Shown: piece by piece, positions 11,701 through 23,421 of the stretch
How the letters are laid out: each line of letters opens with the position of its first letter
How positions within the stretch are numbered: position 1 is the stretch's first letter
Source of the DNA: Catajapyx aquilonaris
Taxonomy: Eukaryota
Length of the DNA stretch: 64,000 nt
Reading direction: 5' to 3'
Assembly: GCA_000934665.2 (NCBI GenBank)
Contig: JYFJ02001649.1
Location: 1 to 64,000 of the forward strand
Program-made: the position numbers and the translations under genes
The notes under the pieces: model-generated
Seen by the model: only the letters and a program-made list of their open reading frames with translations
The model's database searches: none
What the model was told of the DNA's origin: nothing

Positions 11701-14700
11701 TACCTATGGCACAGGGAACAAGAAGGATCTGAACTTTCACCTAGTGTGGTAAATGACCACTTTCAAATGCACACAAGAGGACCAGCAGGGTTATTGTGTG
11801 TGTTAGGGACGGGACATAACTAAAACAGCCTAAAGGCCCATTCACACAGGCTGTCGACGGTTTTGGTTTTGGTTTTAGTTTTGGTTTTGGACCAATCAGA
11901 GCGGGCCCTCACGGTAACCATGACGCGTTGTTTACTACATTATATGAAATTTCTGCGAATAAATTTTTTGTAACCCCTGCCCGGGTGACATTATCGTGGA
12001 ATTGCTCTGTACACTTTGTAGCACAGGAATGTTGCTGGTAGTTGGGGCTGTGCTACAAATATATTTGGGAATGTTACTAGGCTGAGTAGGTAAATAAAAT
12101 GTTACTGGTGTCATGTCATGACCAAGATACTATTGGCACAATGTTATCGCATGCTCTTTCTCAAAGAAATGCTAATGAAAATATTCACGATAACGTCGTG
12201 TATATAATACAGAGAGGCTTCAGTAGAAGTCGATACATGACTTAATCTGTGTCTGGGTCAATATTTGGTGACAGTACAATATGTAGTCCCACCGCGGTAA
12301 ACAGGGTGATCGAAGAAGAATGCACGGATTTAAAAATAACCCTCTCTCGAAAACTTGTAGACATATCGAAATGATTTAAGTTTTGAAATGCTAAGAAATG
12401 TCTAAGGTTTTTGTATTGCCATAGTTTGTTTTGATATGAGCTCCACTTGTCGCTCAGAAAATGTCAATACTGTTATCAGTGTCAGCCTAACCTGCTCAGA
12501 CATGTCTGGCGTTACTGTTGAAATCTGCCCCTTTGAAGGCACAGACAAATTAAAACCGTGCATTGAGACACCCCCCCCCCCCCCNCTGACGACAGCAACC
12601 CCCATACATCACCCGGATAGAAGAAGAAGAAGAAAAAAAACCTTCCCCTGAAACAGAACACGTGAAGGAAGTGGTGCAAAGTGGAGATAGGGAGGCCCCC
12701 AGAAACCGCATCCAAGGCGTAGGCTCTGGCCAGCCTTATCTTAGATGGCCAAAAGGGGCCTTTGGTTTTGTGGTGTGGCAGAGGATGCAGCTGTACGGAG
12801 CATGGGGTTTACTAATCGGCATCGCCGGATGCCGACCGGGAAGTGGTTCCCGACTGGCGCACCCTGATTAGAGCCTGAATCGGTGATAAACAGACCCCGG
12901 CCGGTGCCCAGAGATTTTTGGCCCACCCCCTGATGGCGTGAAACCCGACACTTTCTGGAAGGGTTGTCCCCCCCTCTTTGCAACGGGACATTCCAAAAAA
13001 TTGGTGAGGGGAAAGGCGCTTGACCCTATAGGGAGATTAGATAGAGCCGGGTACAGGTTGAATTTTGTCGGATTTTATGAGATGGCACAGCTGCGGATCA
13101 CCGGTGAGCCAGGTACGGCGTCATAGCATGTCATGGTCGTGATGAGACCCGGGGGCGTCATGTCAATTGCGGGTGGCGCCAGAAAAGGCGACACATTTTT
13201 GTAAACATATCCTTGGAAGGCTTATCTGGAGATGACCGCTGGTGGTGAACCGTTCTTTCGGCGATGGGGAATTATTGCCCCCTATATATATTATCGGGGG
13301 GAGAAACAAGGGGGTTTTCTTCTCAGAGGAGGCCCTTTCCCAGGGTACATGGGTTGCTAGGGGAAGGGGGTGTCACTTGCCACTGAGGATTCGGAAGGGT
13401 AGGAGCGTCTTTGTAAGTAGGGCATCTTTTTGTGTGTGTGTGTTCCAAGGATGTCTGCCACATGTTTTGCTAGTACGCATCGGTTTTTGTGTGTGACGCA
13501 TTGCTGCAACATCGAATTCTCCTTCACTTCCTGTCTCCATATGTATAGGTCTGATCAGCATCGCCAAGTCGTTGGGTCTCCGTTTGTTGCCGCCGAGAAA
13601 AAAGATCATCGTGCTGCTGATCGGCAACCACTCGGCAGGAAAGTCATCCTTCATCAACTGGTGAGTTATCGCATCTGCATGCCGGACTAATTCATGGGGG
13701 GGTAAAAATGGATTGCACAACATGTTGATTACAATACTCTGGCCTTGGTTTGTGTTGGGGGGCTGAACTTGGTTCCTAGGGATGTCTCAAAATGGGTAAT
13801 CCCTTGGGGGATTGGGAAACAGTTGCAACCTGTCTGTTCCGGGAAGGTCGGAAGGGGTTTTATGTATGAGAGACATCTGGTTTGGAAGTGACGGTGGGAA
13901 GCATTACAAGTGTAACATCTGCTTTAGCTTCCTGAGCGCACTAGGGGGGGCTGGAAAAAAAAAAAAAAAGGATAAGTAAAAAATCCGAGAGGGACTTCTC
14001 TGGTGACATGCGTCGGTGTGACAGGACAAATGATATTGTGCAAGCGACGTCTCTTCAAGGATGGAGGTTCGCGTGACCAGCCGGCTTGTGTTGTGGGGGT
14101 TGCGTCCATGGAGAGTCGGTGTTTTGGGCAGTTTGGGGGTGTTACGCAATGCCCTTGGAATAGCGCTTTGTGATATTAGACATCTGGATCTTCCTATGGT
14201 AATTAGTCTGATTTCCGGGGGTGTTCTCGCGGTGACCTTCGTTGCCACAGAGGCTGCTGATGCTGTAAAGCAAGGGGTCGAGTGTCACTTTTTTGCCACC
14301 TGTGGACTGGTCTGTTTGTGTTGGTACCACATAGTTTGGATGTAAAATTGCATGTTGATTTAGAATTTGAAGCTCCAGTTGTACAGCCTGCAAGGACTGT
14401 TCACTTTATGCATAGTGGGGGGTGAGAGATAACATTTGTTGGTGATTCATTTGGCTGAGCAGAGCCACAGGAAACTGCTACTAATGATAAGGATGGAGTA
14501 TCAGTAGTAAGCCAAGTGTCCAATTACTTATGGGGGGGGGGGGGGNGGGAATAATACTGTGTAAATGTTGCGGATGAAATCAAAGTGCAGCATAAATGCA
14601 TTATTTAAGAGGTTTTTGTAAATTTGATTCTATGTGCATAGTGTTTTGTCATTTAATACAGTTGAATCCGGTTATAACAGACTTCAAGGGGCCACGAAAA

Positions 14701-17700
14701 GAGTCTGTTATAACCGAGGACTGTTGTAGCCAAATCGCCACTTTTGCAACGAATACACAAAGTTTTCTGCTTTCCATATGCTTTCCCTCTGCATTTTAAA
14801 ATGAAACCATCCACAAAAATGCAAAATGAGCTCATCCGTAAATAATTACAAAGGTCCAAAAAGAAAACAGTAATTAAGTTCTGCCATCACTTTGTTGCCA
14901 AATGTTCCAGATAAAATATGATTTTGAGTAACTTAGATCAGTGGCATATCGATATGCGACAATCACCCCCTCAAAGTGTACCCTGCCTTCCTGCCTGTGG
15001 GAAAGCGAGTTGAATAATCAAAAAGAGATATTTTCCGGCCTAGGGACCAAAAAATTGTATGTTATAACCGAGGTGAGATGAAAATGAGTCTGTTGTATCA
15101 GGAGTAAAGATACACAGGTCCTTGTGGAAGTATAGCTGGACCGGCCTGTTACAACCGAAAGTCCGTTATAACCTAGGCTGTTATATCGGGAGTCAACTGT
15201 AATAATTTTGAGTTGATTGTTGCAAGCAGTTCTTATCAAGGTAATCCATTAGACAACAATATGCCTTCAGTGGTGCAGGTGGCCTCAATGTGGAAACAAA
15301 ATGGCCAGTTATAAAAATAACGGAATAAGTAAGCTGCTGTATTTTAATTTTATCAGTTTTATAGTTTTATGCAGTTAAATAGTAATATTTTCATGAGGTA
15401 GTACTTTCACCCTTTTGCGGTAAGTTACAGTATATCACATGGAGCTGTGTTACTGTCATATTTACAGGACATTGAAGAAGTAGGGAAGGGGGAATGTTTT
15501 CAAGGATTTCAGACCCTTTCCAAATACCAGACCTTTTTGTCTTGGCCCTGGGTCTAACAACGACTGCCTGGACATGTAGGTAGGAGAGTCGTAGGACAGT
15601 GGAAAAATACTTAACCAAGCGAAGATGACTGGATTATAATCCTGTAGTACCTCCCGCTTGACAGGCCAGTGTAATAGCCACTAGACTGCCACATCATCCT
15701 ACCCCATGAGAATTTTGTCAATACACTGTGTTTTTTAATGGCAATGTCGGAAGTGGTTAGCAATTTTATGCCCTGCTACTTATTTTAGCAGTTACTTATT
15801 TAGCGATTATCAGAAATATTTGCTGCTCATGCGTGCTCATGTTAGGTTGCATGGAGCAAGGTTTTTAAAAATGGCGTTCTAGCCTACAGAAAAGTTCTGA
15901 CATTGATGTTTTATGATGAATGTTCCAATGGGACAGTCCCAATCAGATTGTGATGCAGACCTTGGATGGATGGCTTCATTTGGCCTAATGTTAGTAGCTG
16001 TATTTCTGATAACTACTTCTAAGAGTAGCTGTGCCAAGGTAATGTTAAGAATGAGCAACTTAGAACAAAAATATGCAGTACATACTGTGTATGTAACTAT
16101 TACCGACATTTCATTTGGAACACTGAATTTTTATCCAACATCCAGAATTTTGATAAAGTGGTAACTGTACAGTGCAGTGATGCAAATAGTAAGCCATTTT
16201 CTATTTACCTAAACTACATAAACAGTGTAATTGCCCTCCTGAGTACTCACTCCATGGTCCAAATCTGACTCAAATCTAATGAAATACTTTGAGAAATCTA
16301 GAAGATGGGTGCACTGATTGCTCCTCCCTGCCACTTACCGCTTACTTCCATGATCAATGTCAATTGAATTATCCAAGCAGCATTACTTTTTGCCCTGAAA
16401 ATAATAAGTTGAGTTAGGCTGTACCGTACATGTACTACAACAGTGTCAGGTAATTAAAATGAGTTCTTATTCCAGGTACATTGAAGAACATGTGCAAAAG
16501 ACAGGTGTTGCTATTGAGACCCAGGGATTCACCCTCGTCACAAGTGGGAGGAAGCGGGAGTCACTTACAGTAAGTGGAAGGCATAGAATAAGAAGTTTCA
16601 TCAGCTTATGAATAGTTATGAATTTTTCATGTCTTCTTTCATTTGTAGGGAAATGCTACTCTGCACTTGTACCCATACTTCAATCCACTTCGATCCATTC
16701 CAGGTGGGTCAAGTAGTTGAAAATGTGATTACATAATAGTACTGCAGTTATCATCACATTTACTGCAGAACCCTTTTAAGTGAGTTGTCAGTGCAAAGAA
16801 TTTGATGCCGTGGTTAATTTCGACAAAGAAAGTATTTTTTAAATAGTGACTCATTATTTCTGTTGTTGATGCATGCAGTAATTGGGACTGCATTTGAAAT
16901 ATTTTATTAAGGCTTTTTCCTAGTCTTGTGGTTATTTTTGTGGTTTAAGCATGAACAGAGTTAAACATTTCCTTCCTCATACTCAGTGCTTCCTAGGCAC
17001 TGCCTCCTAGAAAAAAACAATATGCCTCTCCTCCAGAGGAAGCGGATATTGTGGCCTGCAGATAGCCGCCCCACAAGGGACGGGACACCTGCAACTTCCT
17101 CTAGCTGTGGTCTGTTGTTCACCCACACCAGAAGCTCAGCATTTGACTTCTTTTTTTCTCTCTCTCCCTCCCCCATTTTCCTATTCTCCTCCCCAAACCC
17201 AGAGCACCCAATGAGAAGCAGGCAGGAAGATGTGATAAGGCACTGAAAGAATAGGTTTCCCCCTCCAGCCTTTGAGTTTGCTGGTCAGTTAGTGCAGGGT
17301 CTTTCTCAAGAAAGTCAGCTGTGCCTTGAGTGATGGCAGGGTACACGCAGCATATTTTTGACTCAGTTTGGGTTTGATGGGTGTTGCGCCTTTTTCAGTG
17401 CAGCTCCTCTTTGGGCACTTGGCTGATTCGACTTGCGAGCTGCCCATTGAAGGGCTGTATTGCAGAGTGGCCAATTCAGCATATATTTTTCTGTTTGATA
17501 TATGTGGCATACATATGTTCAAACTTCAGGATAGGACTTACAACTTGAGTCAATTTCAGGAGTGGTGGATTACCTGAGCACAGAAGTGTCCACTTCCAAG
17601 CAGAAGAGGTTCAGCCTAGTAATATTTGTGGACACACCAGGACTTGTGGATGGAGATGTGCACTATCCATACGATGTCAACGAGGGCATTGTTTGGTTTG

Positions 17701-20700
17701 GTAAGTATACATCTAACTTGAATAATATGTAAATATTTAACCATTATCTGCATTGAATACTTTGTCCTCTTTTGACTGTTTGTACGGAATAACTTTTAGA
17801 AGGTATTATTGAACCAGTCGAGTAATAGATTACTCTCTTAATGTATACTGCAGTGTGACTCATGCATATGGAAAAGACTGCCACATGCAAATGTAAGACT
17901 TCTTCCACTGATTTTATGCGTTGTTTTCAGGCCAACATGCAGACCTTGTTTTTGTGTTCTTTGACCCAATTGGTCAAGCCCTGTGCAAGCGCACCATGAC
18001 CTTGGTGGAAAAGCTCAACACCACGCACACAGAGAGGATGAAGTTCTACTTGTCCAAAGCAGATGAAGCTGGACTAGAGACAGATAGGCAAAAGTAAAAT
18101 TTCAATTTGCATTTCTGATGGTCAACTACTGTGGGAATAAGCTAATGTATTATGCTTATCATTGCAGGGTGATGATGCAGATTGTTCAAGAATTGTGCAA
18201 GAGAAGGGGGCTGAACCGAGCTGGATTCGACATGCCCACAATCTACATCCCGAACTTGAACAAGGTAATGTGTTGCTGCCATTTGACTAAAATCCACACT
18301 GGGCTGAACTAATTTTAAACATTTTTCTAGTCAAATCGATGTGTGAACCAGATTGAGGACGCCTGCAAGGAGATAGAGCGGACAATCAACCAGGCCATCC
18401 AGAACACCCTGAACAACCTGGAGAAAGATTGCCAGCAGATTGAGAGACTGGTCAGGGAGGAACTTGAGAAGGATTCCTGGGCCAAGACCAAAAACTCCAG
18501 TGCATTCTTGAAAGGTAAGCTATATTTAACACATGTCATCAGTCCCCTTTAGTAGTGGTAGACTACTTAGACAATACCAAAAGGTATTGTCTAGGGTAGA
18601 CTAGTTGCGCAGGTCATTTTGAATTTGTTTAGCCTACCATTTGACAGTTGCATGTATGAATTTGAGTTGATAGCAGAAATAGCAAGGCCTACCCCTCCCA
18701 ACCCTCCCAGGCTGATTGCACCATGCTCTTCGTACCTCAAACTTGAGAGCAGAATTTCCTGGCTAGGGGCATGCTAGTTCAGCTTCATACTGGGCCAGCA
18801 GTAGTTCAAGTTACGAAAATCTGATCTGAAAATTTTATTTTGCTGCTAATTTGATTTTCAAACAGCTACAAGCAGTGGTTGAATTATGCATGATTTTTAA
18901 TATTTGTTTTTATACTCTTGGTAGATGATCATGGACTGTGCAATAAAAATTATGCTTCCTTTATGTCATGATTGTACGTGGTTGTACAGATGTATCACTT
19001 CAAATTGGATATTGCAATTATTGGCAATCATGAGTACACACGTCAGTTTCATTGGAGGCCTGTTTTAAGTGAACAGTATTCAACTCTTAACAATTGGACA
19101 TCAATCTGCCATTGGTATTTAAAATATTGCAATACATAAATCCTGCATGTTACAACCATTGCAAATTCCAATTTTTAAATACAGTAAAACTTCTATAAGT
19201 CGAATCTCCATGGGACCGGAAAAAAACTTCCGAGTTATGGAAGATTCGAGTTAGAGAAGTTTGGATTTTTTAAAGCACAGAACCTACCTTTATATCCAGC
19301 GACGAAAGGTGTTCAAAACTTAAAAATAACTGTCACTATCACACTTACAAGGTTCCTCGTTGTTTTGTTGTAAAAAAAAAAACTCTGTTATGAACATTTG
19401 CCTACTCTTAGATTCAAGGATTCAATTGTCACAATCAAGTCAAACATTTCTTTCGGTACGGCTGGTAGACGGAGATCAAGAAAGAGCCTTTCTTGTACAT
19501 GTCTGTACTCTCGACTCTTTGGCTGGGAAATGAGAAAATTTTCCGTACTTGCCACATGAACTTCGACTTAGGAAGACTGAAAATGCATTGATATCCCATC
19601 GTAAGGCCCTGCCTGCACTTCGAGTTATAGAAATTCGAGTTAGGGAAGTTTATTTCCTATTATTTTACATTGTGACCAACCAAGCTCATCATTTTCTTCG
19701 ACTTATAGAGAACTTCGACTTAGGGAAGTTCGACTTATAGAAGTTTTACTGTGTATCTCTTTTTGCGAGACATTCATTGACATTCTGTAGGACTTTTATT
19801 GCTAACTTTTTTTTTTTGGCAATGCACAGTTAATCTGCAACATGGATAACCAGAAGTATAGTGTACTTGTAGTGTCAGGAATAGTGCAATGAAGTCTGAG
19901 TGTAGTATCATGTGATCATGGTGCAATCCAATGTAAGAAAACCCTACACCAGCCTTGACTGCTTGATGCTGAGCATGCAGCCAGTGATGCACTGGTGTAA
20001 CACCAGGATCTTACACTGGTGATGCACCAAGAGTGCACTGGCTGATAACCAAATTGACCTAATGTGTGCAGGTGTGTGAAAAATAAGGATACCTGCAGGT
20101 TATCTGATGGGAAAGCTTCTTAGTGTAACATAATGTCACGTACACCCACACCCCATTGAAGTAGATGGGTGTGGAGGAAAATACATTAGCCATTGTTTAC
20201 TTTATATTACTTTTAACTATTTGTGTGGGTAGCTGTTCTAAGGATTCTTCCACTGCCACTTGCATCTGACCTGTGCTTTGATAGCTCCTTTTCATTAACA
20301 AGGTTGTGCAATCATGTTTTTGTGGAGAATAACAAGATCTTGCTTTGGTTTGCTCAACATATCCCAAAACTCATCTCAATTCCAATGCTCTATTCAAAAT
20401 CAATATCGAATTCAGTCATGTGTCAGAAACTTGGTCATGTTTGTAGGGGGATAGAGGATAGTTGCTTGGAGGTGCTAATGTTCAAGTAGATTTGACAAAA
20501 CTAAAGAGTGACATTAATTACGCAACCACGATGGAATAATTAATAAAGTGAAACTTTTACTCCTCAGGAACGGTGTTTTACCTGATATCCACGCTGTTCC
20601 CAATGCTTCTTCTCCTGAATGGAATTATTCTCTTTGTGGATGAACCTCTACTGAGCACTGTCTTTGACAAGAAAACATCCAGGACCGTCCTGCATTACTT

Positions 20701-21308
20701 GGTGAGTAGTTACCCAAGGATTGGGCATTTACGTAAGAAGCTCAGAGTTGTTCTTGATCTTGTGCACCACTTAACCACTGACATAATTCTCAGCGCTGTT
20801 TTGAGTAGATCGGCATATGAGCTCGCAATCGGGTGATGCCCCTACTTATCCACTTATGAGTCTGATATTTCCTTACTTATGTTGAAAATAATAAAATGTG
20901 ATCTGCACTCTGTCATAGTAATGCTCAGAGCTTGTTGAATGCCAGGATAGTGCTGTGTGATAGTTTGCCTTGTGTGACTTGTATCTTGTGTTTCCAGAAA
21001 ATGGTCAGCAATGTGTGGAATGTGATTCCTGATGACTACAGCTTACATGCCGGGTTATTTGTTATAATAACCACTGTGTTGATGCTGTACATTGGGCGGT
21101 GGGTCTCAAACCAACTCCCAGTGCTGAGTCGGAAGCGGAAGAACTCGCTTCTTGAGATTCGAGACTACATTGAAAACGTGGTGAAGAAGAGGAAGGTACG
21201 TAACTGCCTGGCATTGGCCATCAACACTGTGGCTAACCTGGTTTCTCTTTGCAGCAAGCACTCTATATGGAATATCTGGAGCAAAGCGTCACCGATCACT
21301 ACCTGTGA
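8750..21308 (+). CDS. Uncharacterised EHD/dynamin-superfamily P-loop NTPase with helical region and two C-terminal hydrophobic segments, about 448 aa
   Basis: Exons 8750-8864, 13549-13660, 16476-16569, 16649-16703, 17560-17700, 17931-18093, 18168-18264, 18331-18514, 20568-20701, 20998-21195, 21255-21308; 1347 nt in frame. G1 VLLIGNHSAGKSS, G3 FVDTPG, G4-like LSKAD. Hydrophobic segments VFYLISTLFPMLLLLNGIILFV and LHAGLFVIITTVLMLYIGRWV. Confidence 0.85.
9003..9702. mobile_element. Tc1/mariner-derived fold-back element made of two inverted transposase 3' ends, TA TSD
   Basis: ta|CAGGGCGTCCCACTAGCTACT ... AGTAGCTAGTGGGACACCCTG|ta. The minus strand of the left arm reads FFLWGFLKGQVSQNKPQSIDALKGNIIQEIQAVPQEMLSRAFQNM*CRVQDCLDANGGHIQHML*, typical of a Tc1/mariner transposase C-terminus. 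The right arm repeats it in the opposite orientation. Confidence 0.8.
9887..10702. mobile_element. Degenerate hAT-like non-autonomous element
   Basis: Left end CAGTGGTTCCCAAACTTTT; imperfect inverted right end AAAAAGATTGGGAAGCACTA. No clear 8-bp TSD. Confidence 0.45.
10353..10501. repeat. Near-perfect 149-bp hairpin (MITE-like)
   Basis: TGTATCATCAGTTGAAAAAGAATTGTCCCAGTCATCCTGA...ACCATGTAA-C-TTACATGGT...TCAGGATGACTGGGACAGTTCTTTTTCAACTGATGATACA. Confidence 0.8.
11233..11387. mobile_element. Small Tc1/pogo-type MITE
   Basis: ta|CCGTATTTGACAGCATA ... TATGCCGTCAAATACGG; internal TAAGACGCACCCCCC/GGGGGGTGTCTTA subterminal repeats. Confidence 0.6.
11610..12007. mobile_element. Sola2-like non-autonomous DNA transposon
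   Basis: tgta|GAGCAATTCCA ... TGGAATTGCTC|tgta. GAG termini with a 4-bp TSD fit Sola2. Confidence 0.6.
14659..15199. mobile_element. Tigger/pogo-like MITE, TA TSD
   Basis: ta|CAGTTGAATCCGGTTATAAC ... GTTATATCGGGAGTCAACTG|ta, with repeated GTTATAACCGA subterminal motifs. Confidence 0.7.
15545..15700 (-). mobile_element. tRNA-derived SINE fragment
   Basis: Minus strand reads TGGCAGTCTAGTGG (A box), CCTGTCAAGCGGGAG and a degenerate B box (GGATTATAATCC), followed by a non-tRNA body. Confidence 0.4.
19182..19751. mobile_element. Tigger/pogo-like MITE, about 570 bp
   Basis: ta|CAGTAAAACTTCTATAAGTCGAA ... TTCGACTTATAGAAGTTTTACTG; two closely related copies at 36440-37555. Confidence 0.85.
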
Positions 21309-21999
21309 ATGTGCTAATTGGTAGTGAAACAGTAAATTTGGCAGCTGGGTTGCATTTTCATTCCTATTGTTTAGAGTTCAATTATGTTAATTTTTCAACT
21401 ACACCTGTTTATTTTATCGCAATTGTTTTTTAAACATTTTATATGCTCGTTTTCACGTTTAAAAATCTGTTCCTCGGCATTTATTTTGTGATATTTGAAG
21501 CATTGCATTGTGAACAATTTGCATTGTGAGATGTATTACATTCCTTGGGCATTCTACTTGGTTTGGGAACTGTGCATGTTGAATGAACGAATAAAATTTT
21601 TGTAGTCACAAGCTTGTAATTATTCTGCGGTACACTTTTTGCACAGGACTTTTGGACTGCGATACAGTATTTGGCATCGTAGATACGGTAAGCGCGGGCA
21701 GCGTGAGGCACTTGTCAGTGGGTCAAAAATGGCCGCCGCCTTGAGTTCCTCCTTCCACCCGAACAAGTAGTTCCTCCAGGCCTAGCCACCACGGACAATG
21801 GACAGCGAAAACCGTTTAATAAAAGGCGTTCTAATAAAATAACCTCCAGCTCCCTGCTCCACAACCGCCTGTGGACCTGGACCCGAAACACCCACATTGT
21901 TTATTGACAACAATGATGACATCACATGGACCGCATCGAGGATTGCTCACGTGGCTCCACACTGAAGCCGCGTGCACGGGGAGCACAGGACGCCGCCAT

Positions 22000-22913
22000 A
22001 TGCAAGCTCCTTCTGCCTAACAAGCCCGGTGTCCGGCACATCATTTAGTACATGGCATCGGGGTAGTAGCATAATCCTGGTGTGTACTGCAACCGGATGA
22101 TCCGCATACACACTGTTGGTGCCTGTTGTGGAGCACATGACCTGCCCGCCATGTTGGTGCTCCTCTGCAGAAAAGCGCATTGCACCCCCTCGTGTATGTC
22201 CGCAACCACCCCCACCCCCTCGTCCCTCTTCCTCCCCTCCTGAAAGTACAAGGAGTGCAAGGAGGGAGGCCGTACATATATAAATATCCATCCGCCGTTG
22301 GCTGGCTGGCTGGCTGGCTGCTTCATCCCGACACCCGACCGCCCTGCCCGCCTCTCCTCCCGTGCGTGCGTGCGTGCGTGTGTTGTAAANATGCAAGCTC
22401 CTTCTGCCTAACAAGCCCGGTGTCCGGCCCATCATTTAGGTATATAGTCTGGTGACCCGGGGTAGCTTGCCCCCCTGGGGTAACTGGTTGTTTACTGCTA
22501 TCCTTTTACATATGCTGCCATGGTGATTGCCCCCGGGATAGCTTACCCGGGGTCATCAGACTAGGGGCCTTAGTACATGGCATCGGGGTAGTAGCATAAT
22601 CCTGGTGTGTACTGCAACCGGATGATCCGCATACACACTGTTGGTGCCTGTTGTGGAGCACATGACCTGCCCGCCATGTTGGTGCTCCTCTGCAGAAAAG
22701 CGCATTGCACCCCCTCGTGTATGTCCGCAACCACCCCCACCCCCTCGTCCCTCTTCCTCCCCTCCTGAAAGTACAAGGAGTGCAAGGAGGGAGGCCGTAC
22801 ATATATAAATATCCATCCGCCGTTGGCTGGCTGGCTGGCTGGCTGCTTCATCCCGACACCCGACCGCCCTGCCCGCCTCTCCTCCCGTGCGTGCGTGCGT
22901 GCGTGTGTTGTAA
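22000..22913. repeat. Tandem duplication of a roughly 390-bp segment joined at an N; probably two haplotypes assembled side by side
   Basis: 22000-22389 recurs at 22391-22913 almost identically, with N at 22390. The second copy carries an extra 131-bp insertion. Confidence 0.85.
22439..22569. mobile_element. PIF/Harbinger (Tourist-like) MITE, TTA TSD
   Basis: tta|GGtataTAGTCTGGTGACCCGGGGTAGCT ... AGCTTACCCGGGGTCATCAGACTAggggCC|tta. The empty site with a single TTA is at 22045-22047. Confidence 0.8.
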
Positions 22914-23421
22914 ACCCCCCTGCTGGCTGCATGGTCCTGACTGACTGACTCAACCGGGCCGACCATACCAGAGGTGACTCCAGGCTGCCTACTTGCATCC
23001 GTCGGCCACCATTCCTCCCTGGAGAGTTTTTGGGTTTGTTTCCCCCCTTCCCTTCCTCTCTCCCGCCTTCCTTCCTTCCTTCCGATCTTCTCTCCCTTCC
23101 CTCGCCCGACCCGTGGTCCTGCGGGAGAGGAGGAGGAGAATCCCATTCCCCCTCGGAACAGGCCCAGGTTGTGAGTACCTCCCCTTCCCCTCCGTGTGTT
23201 GAGAGGAGTGTGAGCCTGTACCGGCCAAAGAGTGGTCCAAGATTCCGGTCCCAAGTGCACCAGGCAGCTCCCAGGGCGCCTCCTCCTCCTCCTTTCCTTC
23301 CCCTCGCCCTGCCCTGTCCGCTGCCCAGGGGCCTGCCCCTGCCCCGACCCTTCCTCCCAACCCCCTCCAGCCCCGCGCCCAGACCCACGCTGCACTTCCT
23401 CCAGGGCAGGAGGACGGGAGG

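Noticed and set aside
12585..14547. GC-richer stretch between two Ns with several short ORFs
   Set aside because: Bounded by homopolymer-plus-N joins and looks like lower-quality sequence. Only the 13549-13660 exon is supportable.
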